Positions 62,259 to 64,000 of a DNA stretch of 64,000 nucleotides are shown piece after piece. Location of the stretch: contig CM082597.2 in assembly GCA_040954595.2 (NCBI GenBank), positions 8,959,778 through 9,023,777 on the forward strand. Reading direction: 5' to 3'. The DNA comes from Balanoglossus misakiensis (Eukaryota > Animalia > Hemichordata). The position numbers were made by a program, and so were the translations under genes. The notes beneath the pieces are model-generated. The model did not search any database. It was not told the origin of the DNA and saw only the letters and a list, made by a program, of their open reading frames with translations. Positions within the stretch are counted from its first letter, which is position 1. The number at the start of each line of letters is the position of its first letter.

Positions 62259-63149
62259 GCTTTCGTCATCGTAATTCCCGCATCAACACGAATCCTCAAT
62301 CTCGCGTAACAACAATACATCAAAATGTACACAGAAAAATAGGAGTCGGCAAGACAATTCTGGTTAGTTTGAGCCCCAACCTTTTAAAATTCACAACGGG
62401 GGAGGGGGCAGTTTTTCCTCATTTTATATTTGGCTCGAGGTTTTTAACTGTCCCCAGGCGCGTAAAGTTAGTTAGTTTATCACACAGTATGTAATTATCT
62501 TGCTTGATTTAAAAAAACACTAAAATTGTATGGGGGAGCTTCTTGCGATTTGCACTTAAGAAACTGATGGTTTGTACCCATAGATAATATTTAGTATTAA
62601 GCACATAATTGCCTGGAAATAAAAATTAACTCAAGGGTAGAATGCAACAGTTAATTTTGTGCAATATCAACAGGAGCTATTTTGGCACATTATTTCAGTT
62701 TGATAAACACTGTTTTTGCTTATTGTTTCATTTCAACCACTTTTGTCACCTTGTTTTAAATTGAATGCAAGCATTGTTTCTGTTTGACCACTACTTGGGG
62801 TAATTGTTCCAAATTGGTATGCAAGATATTTTACATCAGCAGTTAGCCATCTAGCCACACTTTAGCTGCACAGCATATGAAAAATAATGAAATTCATGCA
62901 AAAAGCAAAAAAGTATTATGGGTATAATGCCATTGCAGCATTGGCGGTTCGACTCCGTCGATACTTACTTTGAAGCATAAGTCTTCATTATTTTTCATAT
63001 GTAATAAATAAAACTCTTCCAAATTCATATCTTTGTTTTAAGTTTGTGCTTTTGCTTCAGTTAGGGGGCCCACATTTACCAAACCTGTCTTGCCATCTTT
63101 TCACATTTCTTCAAATATGCAGCGCCAGCGGTAGGCAGTATTTGATCAA

Positions 63150-64000
63150 ATTGACCCACAAATCACTCAAAATTTATAGGCAGGATACTGTCCACTCTGG
63201 CCTGGTTACTGTCTGGCCTGCTTAATGTTGACGCAAAGGTTGACCCCACCAAACACTCAAAATTAATAGGCAGCATACTGGCCACTCTGGCCTAGTTAAT
63301 GTTGACGCAAAGGTTGACCCCCACCAAACACTCAAAATTAATGGGCACGATACTGGCCACTCTGGCCTAGTTAATGTTGACGCAAAGGTTGACCCCACCA
63401 AACACTCAAAATCAATGGGCAGCATACTGTCCACTATGGCCTGGTTACTGTGTGCTCTGGTTAATGTTGACGCAAAGGTTGACCCCACCAAACACTCAAA
63501 ATTAATGGGCAGCACACTGTCCACTACGGCCTGGTTACTGTGTGCTCTGGTTAATGTTGATGCAAAGGTTGACCCCACCAAACACTCAAAATGAATGGGC
63601 AGAACACTGTCCACTATGGCCTGGTTACTGTGTGCTCTGGTTAATGTTGATGCAAAGGTTGACCCCACCAAACACTCAAAATTAATGGGCAGGATACTGG
63701 CCACTCTGGCCTAGTTAATGTTGACGCAAAGGTTGACCCCCACCAAACACTCAAAATTAATGGGCACGATACTGGCCACTCTGGCCTAGTTAATGTTGAC
63801 GCAAAGGTTGACCCCACCAAACACTCAAAATTAATGGGCAGCACACTGTCCACTACGGCCTGGTTACTGTGTGCTCTGGTTAATGTTGATGCAAAGGTTG
63901 ACCCCACCAAACACTCAAAATTAATGGGCAGAACACTGTCCACTATGGCCTGGTTACTGTGTGCTCTGGTTAATGTTGATGCAAAGGTTGACCCCACCAA
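63150..64000. repeat. Tandem repeat of 74/75/90-bp units with a 419-bp higher-order period; continues off the right edge
   Basis: TTAATGTTGA(C/T)GCAAAGGTTGACCCCACCAAACACTC starts at 63222, 63296, 63371, 63461, 63551, 63641, 63715, 63790, 63880 and 63970. Confidence 0.96.

Noticed and set aside
62938-62960. tRNA gene (GGTTCGACTCC B box)
   Set aside because: No A box or cloverleaf upstream.
63222-64000. 160-aa and 119-aa repetitive ORFs
   Set aside because: They arise from the 90-bp unit; the 74-bp units shift the frame.

Overview
This window is AT-rich, repeat-dominated eukaryotic DNA. The spliceosomal introns, the TE families and a UBE2J1-like exon point to a metazoan, probably a marine invertebrate. 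No intact protein-coding gene is visible, and most ORF-track entries are repeat artefacts. Bases 1-18816 are a ~78-79 bp T-tract satellite with higher-order duplications; it ends sharply 23 bp before a Kolobok-like terminus (GGACTACC|TTAA). The remainder is a nested TE landscape: TTAA-targeting MITEs, a 5.4 kb non-autonomous Helentron-like element holding two LINE fragments, an intron-containing hAT transposase pseudogene, a 3.9 kb foldback element inside a 9-bp-TSD element, P-, PIF- and Tc1-like MITEs, many HINE/pearl-like elements, and several minisatellites. Host-derived sequence is limited to an orphan, frameshifted terminal exon of UBE2J1 and a set of micro-exons duplicated in a tandem segmental duplication (initial offset ~6.5 kb). 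That duplication also supplies empty insertion sites that confirm two TSDs. All family assignments come from reading motifs by eye, not from database searches.
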